Below are positions 25,201-43,066 of a DNA stretch of 64,000 nt, piece by piece. The stretch spans positions 11,098,001-11,162,000 of the forward strand of contig OZ193909.1 in the NCBI GenBank assembly GCA_964276515.1, written 5' to 3'. The notes beneath the pieces are model-generated. The model saw nothing but the letters and a program-made list of their open reading frames with translations, made no database searches and had not been told where the DNA came from. Origin of the DNA: Gordius albopunctatus. Lineage: Eukaryota. Each line of letters starts with the position of its first letter. The first letter of the stretch is position 1. Both the position numbers and the translations under genes were made by a program.

Positions 25201-25703
25201 TTATCATTGATATAGGACGGGGTGCTTCTCGCATAGGTCACGGCAGGCACAATGCGCGTAGACCTGTCGAAACGAGCGAGGCTCTGCCTTCAATTATATC
25301 TTCGAGTGTCGCCACAACGACCACCACCACTACCATCATCCATAGTGGTTCGAATCAACCGAGCGATGGCTTAAACCAGTTGGAAGTTATACAAGAGGAA
25401 CCTGTGGAAGAAATTACCGAGCATCTGCAATCGACCACTACTTCGCAAAGGCCCGTCGAGTTTAACGAAACATCGAATGCTTCCCAACCCCCAGTAGTCT
25501 CCTCGAACCCTGCTTCGAGGCAACCAAATCGCCATAGGACCAGGCGTGGCTCATCCACAACCCGACCAAATAGGAGACCGGGTAATGGAGCTAGAAGGAG
25601 CCAGGGTGCTCAGCGGCAGCAAGGTTTCAGAGATCGTCGAGACGTATCCTATTTCGTAGACGAATATGAGGTTGTGGACGAGGATGATGAAGAACAAAAT
25701 TAA
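16211..25703 (+). CDS. DCAF1: DDB1- and CUL4-associated factor 1 (VprBP), about 25 exons
   Basis: Spliced frame gives [28 protein letters not shown]...[30 protein letters not shown], the LisH motif [28 protein letters not shown]...PPFSL, WD40 HKFDKLN...[17 protein letters not shown] and an acidic tail; TAA at 25701. Confidence 0.95.
24161..24302. repeat. Perfect 56-bp inverted repeat (foldback) in a DCAF1 intron
   Basis: 24161-24216 is the exact reverse complement of 24247-24302. Confidence 0.9.
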
Positions 25704-26548
25704 GGACTCGATGAGCGTGCTGAAATTCTCCATAACTTCATATAGAATCAGAACTTTTGAGGCTGTTAATAAAATAACGCACCAATAATTACGATTTGGT
25801 GTTGTGTGAGAAATCACATTTTAAGCGCGTCTAGCCTAGTCACCCTTTACATTCAAGTATGATTGCATCATCTATAACGTCACGTTGTATAATAACGCAT
25901 TTTTTTATTTAACATACGCCAATGATTGGCCTACACGTTTAACGTATTAATCTTGAACGCAACGTTCAAAATAAATCAGCTGGTATTGGCATTTGATGTA
26001 GAGATAATTGAAAGTTATATATGTTATTGCTTAATAACATAAGTCAATTATAGACACATTCCTTATTTTATATATAAGTAGTACGGTTAAACTCTGGTGG
26101 TAATTAATAAATTTAAATTCTAAACGCAACGCGCATCTAAAACGAACGATCAAATTTTCGACATAAAATTTAAACTCACAATCCAGCCGTTCTATTTTAG
26201 TTCGTATTATCACTTGTTAATTGATAAATACCATTAAAAATCTATTATAGGTGAATTTATTTCTCAAATTAATAATCAAAACTTCTAGGTTGATTTTAGT
26301 TGCAATTTTATTGTTAAATTTATCGACCTTTTTCAACCTCATATTAGACTCATGTGACGAAAAACTTCTTATAGCATCTTTACTTGTTAAACCTATAATT
26401 TTTTGTTGCTTTATATACCGACCAAGGAAAAGAGAATTAATAATAGGGCTTTTTTACCTCACCCTTTCATATGAAATTGATAAATTCTTGCTTATTCTTG
26501 CTACATATCTCGCTCCTCAAGACGAGACATAAATTAAACTAGATTTTT

Positions 26549-28096
26549 AATTGCTATGCAATTTATGGGCTCGTTTTTGGTTGTCCGTCCGTCCGTCTAC
26601 CAAGTTATTTACACCAGCTTCCCGACCTGGAGGTTGCGGGTTCGAGACCCGGAGAGGACAAAATTTTTTTTTTTTTTTTTAAATTAAATTAATATTTTGT
26701 TCTTGTTAATACCATTGATAATATGACTTTTTGACCGTCCGCTGGCTACTGACCAATGAAAAAATGAACATTGGCCAAATAAATCCTAATTTTTCGTTTT
26801 TCCTTTTTGAATAAGTTAACATTGATAATTGAAAAAAGTTACCATTGGCCAAATAAATCAAAATTTTTTGTTCGTTTTTGAATAGGTTAACATTGATAAT
26901 TACCCTATACTTTTTAATAATTGCTATGCAATTTATCTAGTTTTTGGGTTAGAATCCCGGAGTTTTTTTTGACTCTTATGATTGTTCTTGTTACTATCAA
27001 TGATAATAAGACTTTTTGGCCGTCCGCTGGCTGCTGACCAATGAAAAAAATGACCATTGGCCAAAATGTGTATCCGAGTTTATTTTTTCGTTTTTTTTGA
27101 ATATTATGATTGTTCCTGTTCCTACCATTGCTATTATGACTTTTTGGCCGTCCGCTGGCTGCTGACCAATGGAATAAAATGACCATTGGGCAAAATGTGA
27201 TTCGAAAATTTTTTTTTCGTTTTTTTTTACTGTTATGAATTTATATCCACTTTTACCGTGTCCTGGCTGCTGACCAATGGAAAAAAATGACCATTGGCCA
27301 AAATGTGTATCCGAGTTTATTTTTTCGTTTTTTTTGAATATTATGATTGTTCCTGTTCCTACCATTGCTATTATGACTTTTTGGCCGTCCGCTGGCTGCT
27401 GACCAATGGAATAAAATGACCATTGGCCAAAATGTGATTCGAAAATTTTTTTTTCGTTTTTTTTTTAATGTTATGAATTTATATCCACTTTTACCGTGTC
27501 CTGGCTGCTGACCAATGGAAAAAAATGACCATTGGCCAAAATGTGAATCGAAATTATTTTTTCCGTTTTTTTTGACTATTATGATTGTTCCTGTTCCTAC
27601 CATTGCTATTATGACTTTTTGGCCGTCCGCTGGCTGCTGACCAATGGAATAAAATAACCATTGGCCAAAATGTGATTCGAAAACTTTTTTTTCGTTTTTT
27701 TTGACTATTATGAATTTATATCCACTTTTACCATGTCCTGGCTGCTGACCAATGGAAAAAATGACCTTTGGCCAAAATGTGATTCGAAAATTTTTTTTTC
27801 GTTTTTTTGACTATTATGATTGTTCCTGTTCCTACCATTGCTATTATGACTTTTTGGTAATACAACTCCCGTAGAATTTAACTAACCATAAAGCTTCCCC
27901 TTCGCTCCCTCTCTCCCCCCTTATGATATTTGGCATATACACTTATTTAGTGCTTCCAACCTTCGTTTTGCAATATTCACGTAAGTATTTCCATAAATTG
28001 CATAGCAAATATGATACATTTATACGGAGTGTAGATGAGTTCCCCCTTCCTTCCCCTCCTCCCCTTCCCCCTTCCCACGAGGGCCGAAGGCCCGAG
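26549..28096 (+). mobile_element. Helentron-associated non-autonomous element (HINE/DINE-1-like), copy 1
   Basis: 18-bp subTIRs TTGCTATGCAATTTATGG (26551) and its reverse complement (27991); (GTCC)n microsatellite; central tandem repeats; 3' stem-loop GGGCC-GAA-GGCCC followed by a T-run. Confidence 0.85.
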
Positions 28097-29409
28097 TTTT
28101 TTTATACATTTGGATTGAACATTTATAAGTATATTCAACAAGTTTTTCAACTTAATTAAGGCGGCCAATCAGTTACATCGAGATATTAAGCTATGATATA
28201 ATTTTATCTCTGGTTAAATTTGTTCATATTCAGACATCAGAGTTTTTGTGAACACAAACATGTTTTTTTGGGCCGGGTTTTGACACAAATAAAATAAATA
28301 AGCGGGGCACTAGTCGGGCCTAACGACTCAGCCGGACCCGAGCCCGACCTCAAGCCAACCGACCATTTAAAAATATATTTTAAATAAATCCGTCTCTATA
28401 TATATCTTCATACAGCGTACATAATACAGCTGTATCTCCTCCATTTCAATAATGATAATTTAATCAAAAATTTAATTCTTTTGTCCTTGCTTTAAATTCA
28501 AAACAACTAACAAAAAATTCAAATCATTAAATGTGAAATTTGTCCAAAAGTTAGAATTAAAAAATGCAATGAAAAGGGTAATTTGAAGGTATGTGGTAAA
28601 TAACGTACCAAACACTACCGCTGTATATATCTAGTATAAATTAATGAAATCAATACGCATGCAACCTTAATGTTTCCTGCTCGTTCGCTAGTTAAACTGA
28701 AGGGCAAAGCTAAAATATGGGCTTATATAGGAGAGTAGTATATTCGGTTGCCGGATCCAAATGTGTGCGCGTGTGCGTGTCTGTTAAATGCACCTCTCTA
28801 TTCTAAATCTTAACTTTAGTTTACAGTTGCGTCATTAACTCATAGTTAAAAAGGCTCTAAAATGTTAGCAAACTTGTATACCTAAGCTTAGTTACGATCA
28901 AAATTGAGGGAAAGAACAAAAAGTTTTACAATTATTTAGGAAAAAAACAAACGGATAAATTGATATAGATCGTAGAAGGTAGAGAATTGCCATTTTCTAC
29001 TCCCCTAACTAAGCCCAAACTTTGCATTGTTTATTTCAGACATGCAAATGTCAACTAAATATAGCTAGGAAAAAGTATTGTTTTAAATATCGGTTTAATA
29101 TAATAAGTTAGATAAGAAGGCGGACATTTTATATCTAAAACGAATTAGACCTATCAAAATTTGTAGCCTATTCGCAATTTGAGATTCGATTAAAATTCTA
29201 GGTAACAGCAAATTTGATTTGCAAGTCTATTATAAAGAAGGTTTAATCAAACTTCAGTCTCAACAGTTTATAGATAACGAAGATATAATTGACGATTGAG
29301 TGATAAATACCATATAAATTCTTTATTAAAAAAGATTTAGTAATATAAGAAATCACATTTGTAACAATACACAACAAAAGCCAAGTAAATTAGCATGTTA
29401 TTTAAAATA

Positions 29410-35867
<6,458 letters not shown>

Positions 35868-35936
35868 CTTTATGCAATTGATTACAAAGAATTTAATATT
35901 TCCCATGGCGTGGGTTGGAATCACACCGCTATCACC

Positions 35937-38097
35937 GGCTTTGATAAGAATATCCCGCACAAAATATAAACAATCATACGGATAAGAACGCATCATTAAA
36001 CATTAATACCTTAATGGGGTGCCTTCTAAATTATTAACAAGATTCAAATCACAACTGAGCTTGCTTCTAATAATTCTCATCTCTGCCAATTTAGGAAGTT
36101 TTAAGATTTGATTGCTACCGACTCATTCCTCCCAAACTTTAAACTCTTATACTCGAATTTAAATTATTTTAAAACTGACTTCACTCAATACTCAAACCTT
36201 ATACCGACATATTCTTTTAATTCATTAATAACTTCAAAACACCCACCACCCCATCTATCAGAGTAGAACCACCCTCCTTGAATGAAATAAAATATGTATT
36301 AAAATCCCTCAAACTTCATAAAGCTCGCGATGCAGAAAAAATCACAGCGGAAGCCCTTAAAACTGATTTCACCCTATTTAGTGAACTCTTGCATCAACTC
36401 TTCACAAAAATCTGGCAAAAAGAGATCATCCCCAATGCTTGGTCTACTGGTCTACTTAGTAAAATCTATAGAAAAGGAGACCCATCCCTTCCCGATAATT
36501 ATAGAGGGATCACAATTATAAAAAAAATTTCAAAAGTTTTTATAAAAATAATATATAGGCGAATATTTCCATTCATTGACGATAATTTAAAAGGTAATCA
36601 AGCCGGCTTTCGTAAGTCTAAAACCACAATTGAACATATCCTTACTCTCAAAAATGTCATTGACATCTCCTCTAAATCTAAATCACCTTTAGTCCTAACA
36701 TTTGTTTACATTCAGAAAGCTTTCGATTCCCTATCCCATCTTTACATATGGGAATTTTTATGCCTAATAGGAATTTCAAAAAAGATTATTAGACTCATTT
36801 TCTTTCTCTAAAAGGACATGAAAGTGAATATAAAACATCTACATCACCGCTCAAACCCAATCCAAGTTAATTTAGGAGTTAGACAGGGATGTCCATAATC
36901 TTCTTTACTATTCATCAGGGCAATGGATCTCACAATTAAGAGATCCACCCTTTCTTACGACGGTATTTACATGAACGGCATCAAAGTGTCTTCACTGCTA
37001 TTTGGGGATGATTTATGCATCATATCGGATTCAATTCTGAAAACACAGAATTTTGTCGATAGATTCGTTATAGAATCCAAGAAAGCTGCTTTAATAATTA
37101 ACCCAAGAAAGTCTAACATGCTAGCTATTAACTTATCCCATCAAAATACTACCTTGATGATTAACAACACTTTGATCCCCTTTTCAGATTCAATAAACTA
37201 TTTAGGTGTGTCCCTATCTTCAGATACATATTCCCAACAAGATGCCTCTAATAAAATTTCTAAAGCATTAAATAGATTTTGTTCCTGCTATTCGATCTGG
37301 AAATCCAATGAATTGGCTCTACCGACCCGCCTTCGTCTTTACAAAACCACCATATTGCCTATACTCCTCTATGGATGTGAAACATGGTCCCTAAAAGGCT
37401 CGACACTAAAATCAGCCCAAACCAAACTAAATAAAACGTTAAGAAAAGTTTGTAAAATATTCTACGCTGAGGTAAGTAGCAATCCAAACCTATGGTCCCT
37501 CTGCGAAATCCCTCCAATTAAAAACATAATTATAGCACGTAAGTGGAACTTCCTAGCCCACCAAACTAGACGAGATGGACTCAAAATTTGCTTAAGATCA
37601 ATTTTATAGAGACCCCCCAACTTAAAAATATGTCGAGGTTCCTTGATCCACAAAGCTTTTTCTGAACTCCGTTCTCTTAACCATGACTGGAATACTATAA
37701 TCCCCATAATGTAAAACAGATCCGATTGGAAAATCTTTTCTGCTTCCAACTTCCCTTTAAAGTATCCCTCCCCAACCGTTTCAACTTCCAAATGATCTTA
37801 GCTATCCCTGTCCGTCGTCCAAACTAGAAAACTTTGGATAACCTGCAAGTCCTCTTTCCAGAATTTCGATTGCGTGTTCTACATTGGCTTTTACTTTAAT
37901 AATTTCTGTTAATAACAATACTGATCTTTGCTTTAACATACTTACACACTAACCACTAACCTATTACAACTGAACACTTAACCTCTGGTTAGCGTGGACC
38001 GATATGCACCTATGATGTCAGATGGGACTCAATCATAGCTTGCCGATTTAGCTAAGCTCTTGTTTGTCATCGGGGCTTATAATACGTACATACCTAC
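35937..38097 (+). mobile_element. 5'-truncated non-LTR retrotransposon (RTE-like RT), frameshifted
   Basis: NYRGIT, NQAGFR, QKAFDS, GVRQGC, LLFGDD, YLG and LLYGCETW motifs (36278-37609); short-repeat tail TACGTACATACCTAC; 13-bp TSD CACCGCTATCACC (35924-35936 and 38098-38110). Confidence 0.9.
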
Positions 38098-38499
38098 CAC
38101 CGCTATCACCATTATTAAAAATAAAGATACTAATTAATATAATGATAAAGATTTATTAAGGGTCAGGGGATGGGACATGCAGTATATATAGAACAAAGTT
38201 TTTAAGGCAAAGGAAAATAAAAAGATTAAAACATATGAAAATCGCATTTTTGCATTACCTGTCCACAACTGACTTTCAAGCATTGTACTATTTATGTAAG
38301 ACTAAAAATTTAGGTTTTTGATTTCATCTAAAAAGTAAAAAAGATTTAGGGCGCAAACGCCTAGTAAGATGAAAAGGATGCATTGTCAAAAGAACTTGAA
38401 ATTAAAGCATTCGCTTCACTGTGTCTAAAGCATTTCAAAAAATTGCCACACTGGTAAATTTTTAATTGTGACAAGTCAATGACATCTAAAATTAAAGCC

Positions 38500-40260
38500 T
38501 TTGTGCAATGGAGTTGATAAGATTGGAATTTTTCAACATCTTCCCGAATGACTAAATTCGAACGAAAAAAACGATATAGACAGTGGCATAAAACAAAAAA
38601 GTCGCAGGATTATCAAGAGTATAGGTAGTGATGGTGATTTGCTCCAATGAGCATTGCTCACTGTGAGCTCTGCCCCCTCACACGCACTGTGTCTCCTACT
38701 CTACTCATGAGGCTGTTGATGTACTAGATGACAATGCTCGAGAAGCGAAGGGGTAGTAGCAAAAAGTAACTCATGTATAGAGCTGTGTGTCTGAGCAGCA
38801 GTAAATGTTTACTAACCGATTTCATAATGCTATGAGCAAGCAGTTTATCTAAACTGCTCATAACTTAATGTTCTCATTAAAGCGTCCTTAGTTTTAACAC
38901 AGTACATTCTGTTCTTCAACAATTATTGTGGCTATTTGAATAGGCGTAAGTCGGATTTCATAAGGGGGGGGGGGTAAAATTTTTTTAAGATCAAATTTTT
39001 TTGTTAATGATCTTATAATTTATTTTTTATGCATGCCAAAAATTAAAAAAAAATTATTTAATTATAAATTTTTTAATTTTCTGTCTCACCCAGGTGGTAA
39101 TAATCTGTTTGACAATTTTAATATGGTCTAACTTTATATTTTATCGTTTTTAAGAACAGGTGTCAATGTTAAAATTTTATTAAAGGTATGAACTAATATT
39201 TTTTTCGAATATAATTATATATATCTAAAATGATTTCTAAAAATTTATTTTTTATAAATGGCAAAATTATATTTTATTGTATAAATATTTTTTTGACATT
39301 CTAAATATGACTTAATGTTTCTAAATTTATATTTAATAATATTTTTAGTCCAGGTCACAATGCAAAGTTTTATAAAAAGTGGGAAATTTCGCTTTATAGA
39401 ATATTCTTTATATATGGCTAAAATAGCTTAATGATATTAAAATTTATTTTTTATACATGAAAATTTTTGGCATTATAAATTTTTTAATTTTCTGTTTCAC
39501 CCAAATGCTAATAAATTTTTTGACATTTTTAATATGGTCTTTTAAGCCAGGTTAGAATGTAATATTTTTTTGGCAAAAGATTTTGAAATTTATTGTTTAA
39601 AACATGGCAAAAATATATTTCTTCTAGCTGTAACAATATTTCCTGCCAAAGAAAACATTCGATCACCCGGAACTGAAGTGGTGGACTGCCCTAAATAGTC
39701 TCTAGCCATTTTTCTGAGTGCCTGAAAGTGTGTCTCATTCATTTTCCACCATTCCAACACATTTGCTGAGCAGATTAATTGCGATATGTCACATAATTAA
39801 TTAACACATTCGTTGAGCAAAATGGATGAGCAGCTTGCTAATCAGCAATTGCTCGCACAAAACTACTTTTATTTAAAGTTGTTCTACCGCCTCATTCCTT
39901 CTGCTTGAGCTTGTATTTGCTGTTACAACTTAACCTCTTGAGCATTTTACCACTCTTGATGACAGAGCTTATGCGTCCAAGCACATATGGTAGCTATTAT
40001 GCTCCGTCCAAGTTGGAGCATAATAGCAATTTTACATCTCTAAGTATAGGTAGGCAAAAAGACCCGCAAACTGCAATAGCGAAGAATGCCGCGTACACCG
40101 AGATAGCAAACAAACTGGACCATAAAGGGGGCGATAGGCTTATGTACAAATTGGCAGAGATAGGGGAAAGAAAAGTCGCGATGTCGGGGTTTTTAATATA
40201 GTCAAAAACGATAAGGGTCAAGCCTTATTAAAGCTGAAAGAAGTGATGGGAAAGTGGGAA
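38500..40260 (+). pseudogene. RTE-like LINE remnant split by the hAT element
   Basis: KKRYRQWHKTK...QEYR continues after the insertion as AYTEIANKLDHKGGDRLMYKLA. Confidence 0.55.
38626..40042 (-). mobile_element. Internally deleted hAT transposon retaining the dimerization-domain remnant
   Basis: Imperfect TIRs TAGTGATG/TAGAGATG; TSD AGTATAGG; TGAGCA repeats; minus strand VLEWWK...LRKMARDYLGQSTTSVPGDRMFSLAG at 39640-39765. Confidence 0.8.
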
Positions 40261-41033
40261 GGATATAAAATTATAAATATTGCAAATAAAAAAGATTCCA
40301 TTTCCGATATTGCTGATTGATACAATCAGATGGTCTCATGCAGAATGCGCCGTAATTTTAGCAGATAACCAAATATATAAATTTATGCGCCAGTTTTAAG
40401 TTAGACTTAACTGACAAATTTGTGAAAGTGCGGGAGTTTTTCAATATTTCAAATAGACATTATAAGAAAAATTTCATATATGTAAAATTATCAACCATCG
40501 TAGTTACCACTTTGCCCTCATTATGCTTAAACCTTTAAACATTTTAATTATTTTTTTCTCGATAATGAACCCAAAAGAATATTAAAAGCCCTTATCTCTC
40601 ACTTTCTTAATAAACCCGATTAAACCATTAATAAAACCACCTTGCTTAATTTAGTATGGTTTTTACTAGGCAATATCATCAAATCTTGCATTAAGGTGAT
40701 TTGATAACTTTGTTTTGTATCTAAAAAATTTGCGGCTCCTTAATTATGATTAGAGCTTGCTTCAAAGTGCAATGTAACGGCCTCTCAGTGCTTTACAAGC
40801 TTGGAGCTGATAATCTTTTTAAATTCAATGGCTCAATGCAGTGGACTTTAAAGCGTATATAAGACTTGTATAATACTGTCAAATTAAAATAAAATACTTA
40901 TAGAAACTTTATATAAGTAGCACAACAATTAGCTTTAAAGAAAGTAGATTTAGTTTTAAAAATAGAGTAGCTATCGGTTAACCTTATAATGCCAAAAGAG
41001 TCTGTTGACAAAAATTGTTGTTATGATCAGCTT

Positions 41034-41462
41034 CATGGGCGTAGCCAGCTTTCGGATCAGGGGGGGGGCGAGCAAAAAAAATCGCCGAGACTAAGTGAGA
41101 GCAAAAAAAAAAAAAAAAGGTCGCCAAGACCTTTTTTTGGTATTTAACGTTAGTAATTAAAATATTTTGCTTTTCTTTGGCCTCAACCCACATAAAAACT
41201 CATTATTAATCAACAGTACAGTGTACAGAGGATATGTAAACGATGTATGAAGGAACTAACACAAACGCAACTACTAATCTCAATAATAATTTAAATTTGC
41301 GTCAAAAGTTCGTGAAATAAAATTTTCAACATAAAACTTAATTTCAATCAGGGGGGGCGAAACACTAATTTTTTCCAATTTTTACATAAATTTACATTAA
41401 AAAATAGAAAAATTGTCATTCAGCGGGGGGGGGGGCGGCCGCCCCCCCTGCCTACGCCCATG
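41034..41462. mobile_element. hAT MITE (CATGGGCGTAG family)
   Basis: TIR catgggcgtag / ctacgcccatg; TSD ATCAGCTT. Confidence 0.85.
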
Positions 41463-42806
41463 ATCAGCTTTCAATATTTTTAATGGTATTGCAACATTGG
41501 GAAAGGCGTGGGCATCTTTATTTATAACAATCAATAAAACATTGAGATTTATTTATGGGGACATAAATTGAATGAAAAAAAACCATATACTACCCAATAA
41601 TTCCAACAAATAAAAATTTATGAATTTTAAAATAGAAATATAGCATAGTTTTATTATACCTATAAATAAATTTCAAGTGATAAATCGAACGTTTTACACA
41701 CCCTATAAAGTTTATTTCAGTATAGCAGAAATTATATTGGGCAAGAAAATGGCAATTTAGCTGAATATTTTTTAACAAGGGCTTTAAATCATTTTTTGAA
41801 CTTTTCTGTTTTACATTTTACGTAAACCCCCTTTAATCTCCCTCTCCGGATGACTTCTACAAGGCCATCACAACTCTTGTTGATAACTGAAAATTTTATG
41901 TGTAAAAATTTACCAAACGAGAAATCATAATTCTAGTATTTTCCTTATGAAATGATATAAAACTAATTAATATATTCTTCTTCAATTTTCTGTAAATATT
42001 AAGATTACAATTTGTCAATATTTAAATTACGTCCTAGTCCTATCATATTTATAATATATTAAATTCTTTTCGAGAATTATTATACGTGCGCAGAATATAT
42101 TAGTAGACATAAAATTATAAAATGAATAACTAAACTAACGAGGATTTGTCTACAAAAGTGAATAGCTACAACCAAAAAAATGTAGATGACCTTTTAACGT
42201 TCTTCAAAAAAATTAACTGATAAATTACAACGTTGAATTCTAGTTAAGGATGGCAATGATTAATATCAAGCGGTTTGAATTTTTAATTGTTTCAATATAT
42301 ATTTTGAATAAGGTTTGTTACATTCAATACGATAACGCGCTTAATAGAAGGGAAATTTTTAAAAAGGGGGAAACTTTGTGTTTTCTGTATACGTAAATTA
42401 CTTTCCTTAAGTTTTATAGCTACGGTCAGATTTTTCCTAGTTCACCCTGTAGCTCCATTCCTGTATAGGAAATGAATACTTGATACAGTGAATGGTAGAA
42501 AGGGGAAATCAAAATATTAAGGGTGAGATTTTGTGTGAGATCTACTATTGTAAATCGAATGGTATAGTGAATGCGGTGGACAGTAAATTGAGGGGGGCTA
42601 ATAATGGTTCGTGTACTTACTCAGGTACACGACGGCTTGCCAGGTCTTAGTTGGTAAATAAGAAGGAAAACAAAAGTTATTTTATAAATATACTTAAATG
42701 AACAAAAAGCGTAAGAATTAATGGCAATTTTATGGATTCGGGGATCCTAAATAAATTAGATTATATTACATTTAAATTCGACAAACATTTAAAGAAAAAA
42801 TTCTAT

Positions 42807-42934
42807 CATGGGCGTAGCCAGGCGGGGGGGGCCTGAATGACGAGAAAAAATTTTCAATGCGAAAACCCTTTAAAATTAAAGTTTTTTTATTTTTCGCCCC
42901 CCCCCCCCTAATCCACAACCTGGCTACGCCCATG
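42807..42934. mobile_element. hAT MITE (CATGGGCGTAG family), 128 bp
   Basis: TIR catgggcgtagccagg / cctggctacgcccatg; TSD AATTCTAT. Confidence 0.9.
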
Positions 42935-43066
42935 AATTCTATCGCGGTATTTTTCAGTTAAGTGCATTAAAGCTCGTCGAGTACAAAAACGTAATTGCGC
43001 GAGTTGAATCAGCTGTGTATATTAGCAATTTGTCTCCTTTTGCTAGTATTAAATTTATAATTTCTT

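Noticed and set aside
26591..26660. Functional tRNA gene
   Set aside because: No A-box or proper D-arm, an irregular anticodon loop, and embedded in a TE; kept only as a tRNA-like module
26914..27603. Minus-strand ORFs repeated at 46993-47444
   Set aside because: Translations of tandem repeats with homopolymer-driven frameshifts
27000..27860. Regularly spaced repeats resembling a CRISPR array
   Set aside because: The intervening sequences are themselves repeated, the context is eukaryotic and there are no cas genes; these are HINE central repeats
35868..35996. N-terminal extension of YARS1 suggested by ORF 35754-35996
   Set aside because: The frame runs into the LINE insertion; MNADEKLHLITRNLQ is the conserved start
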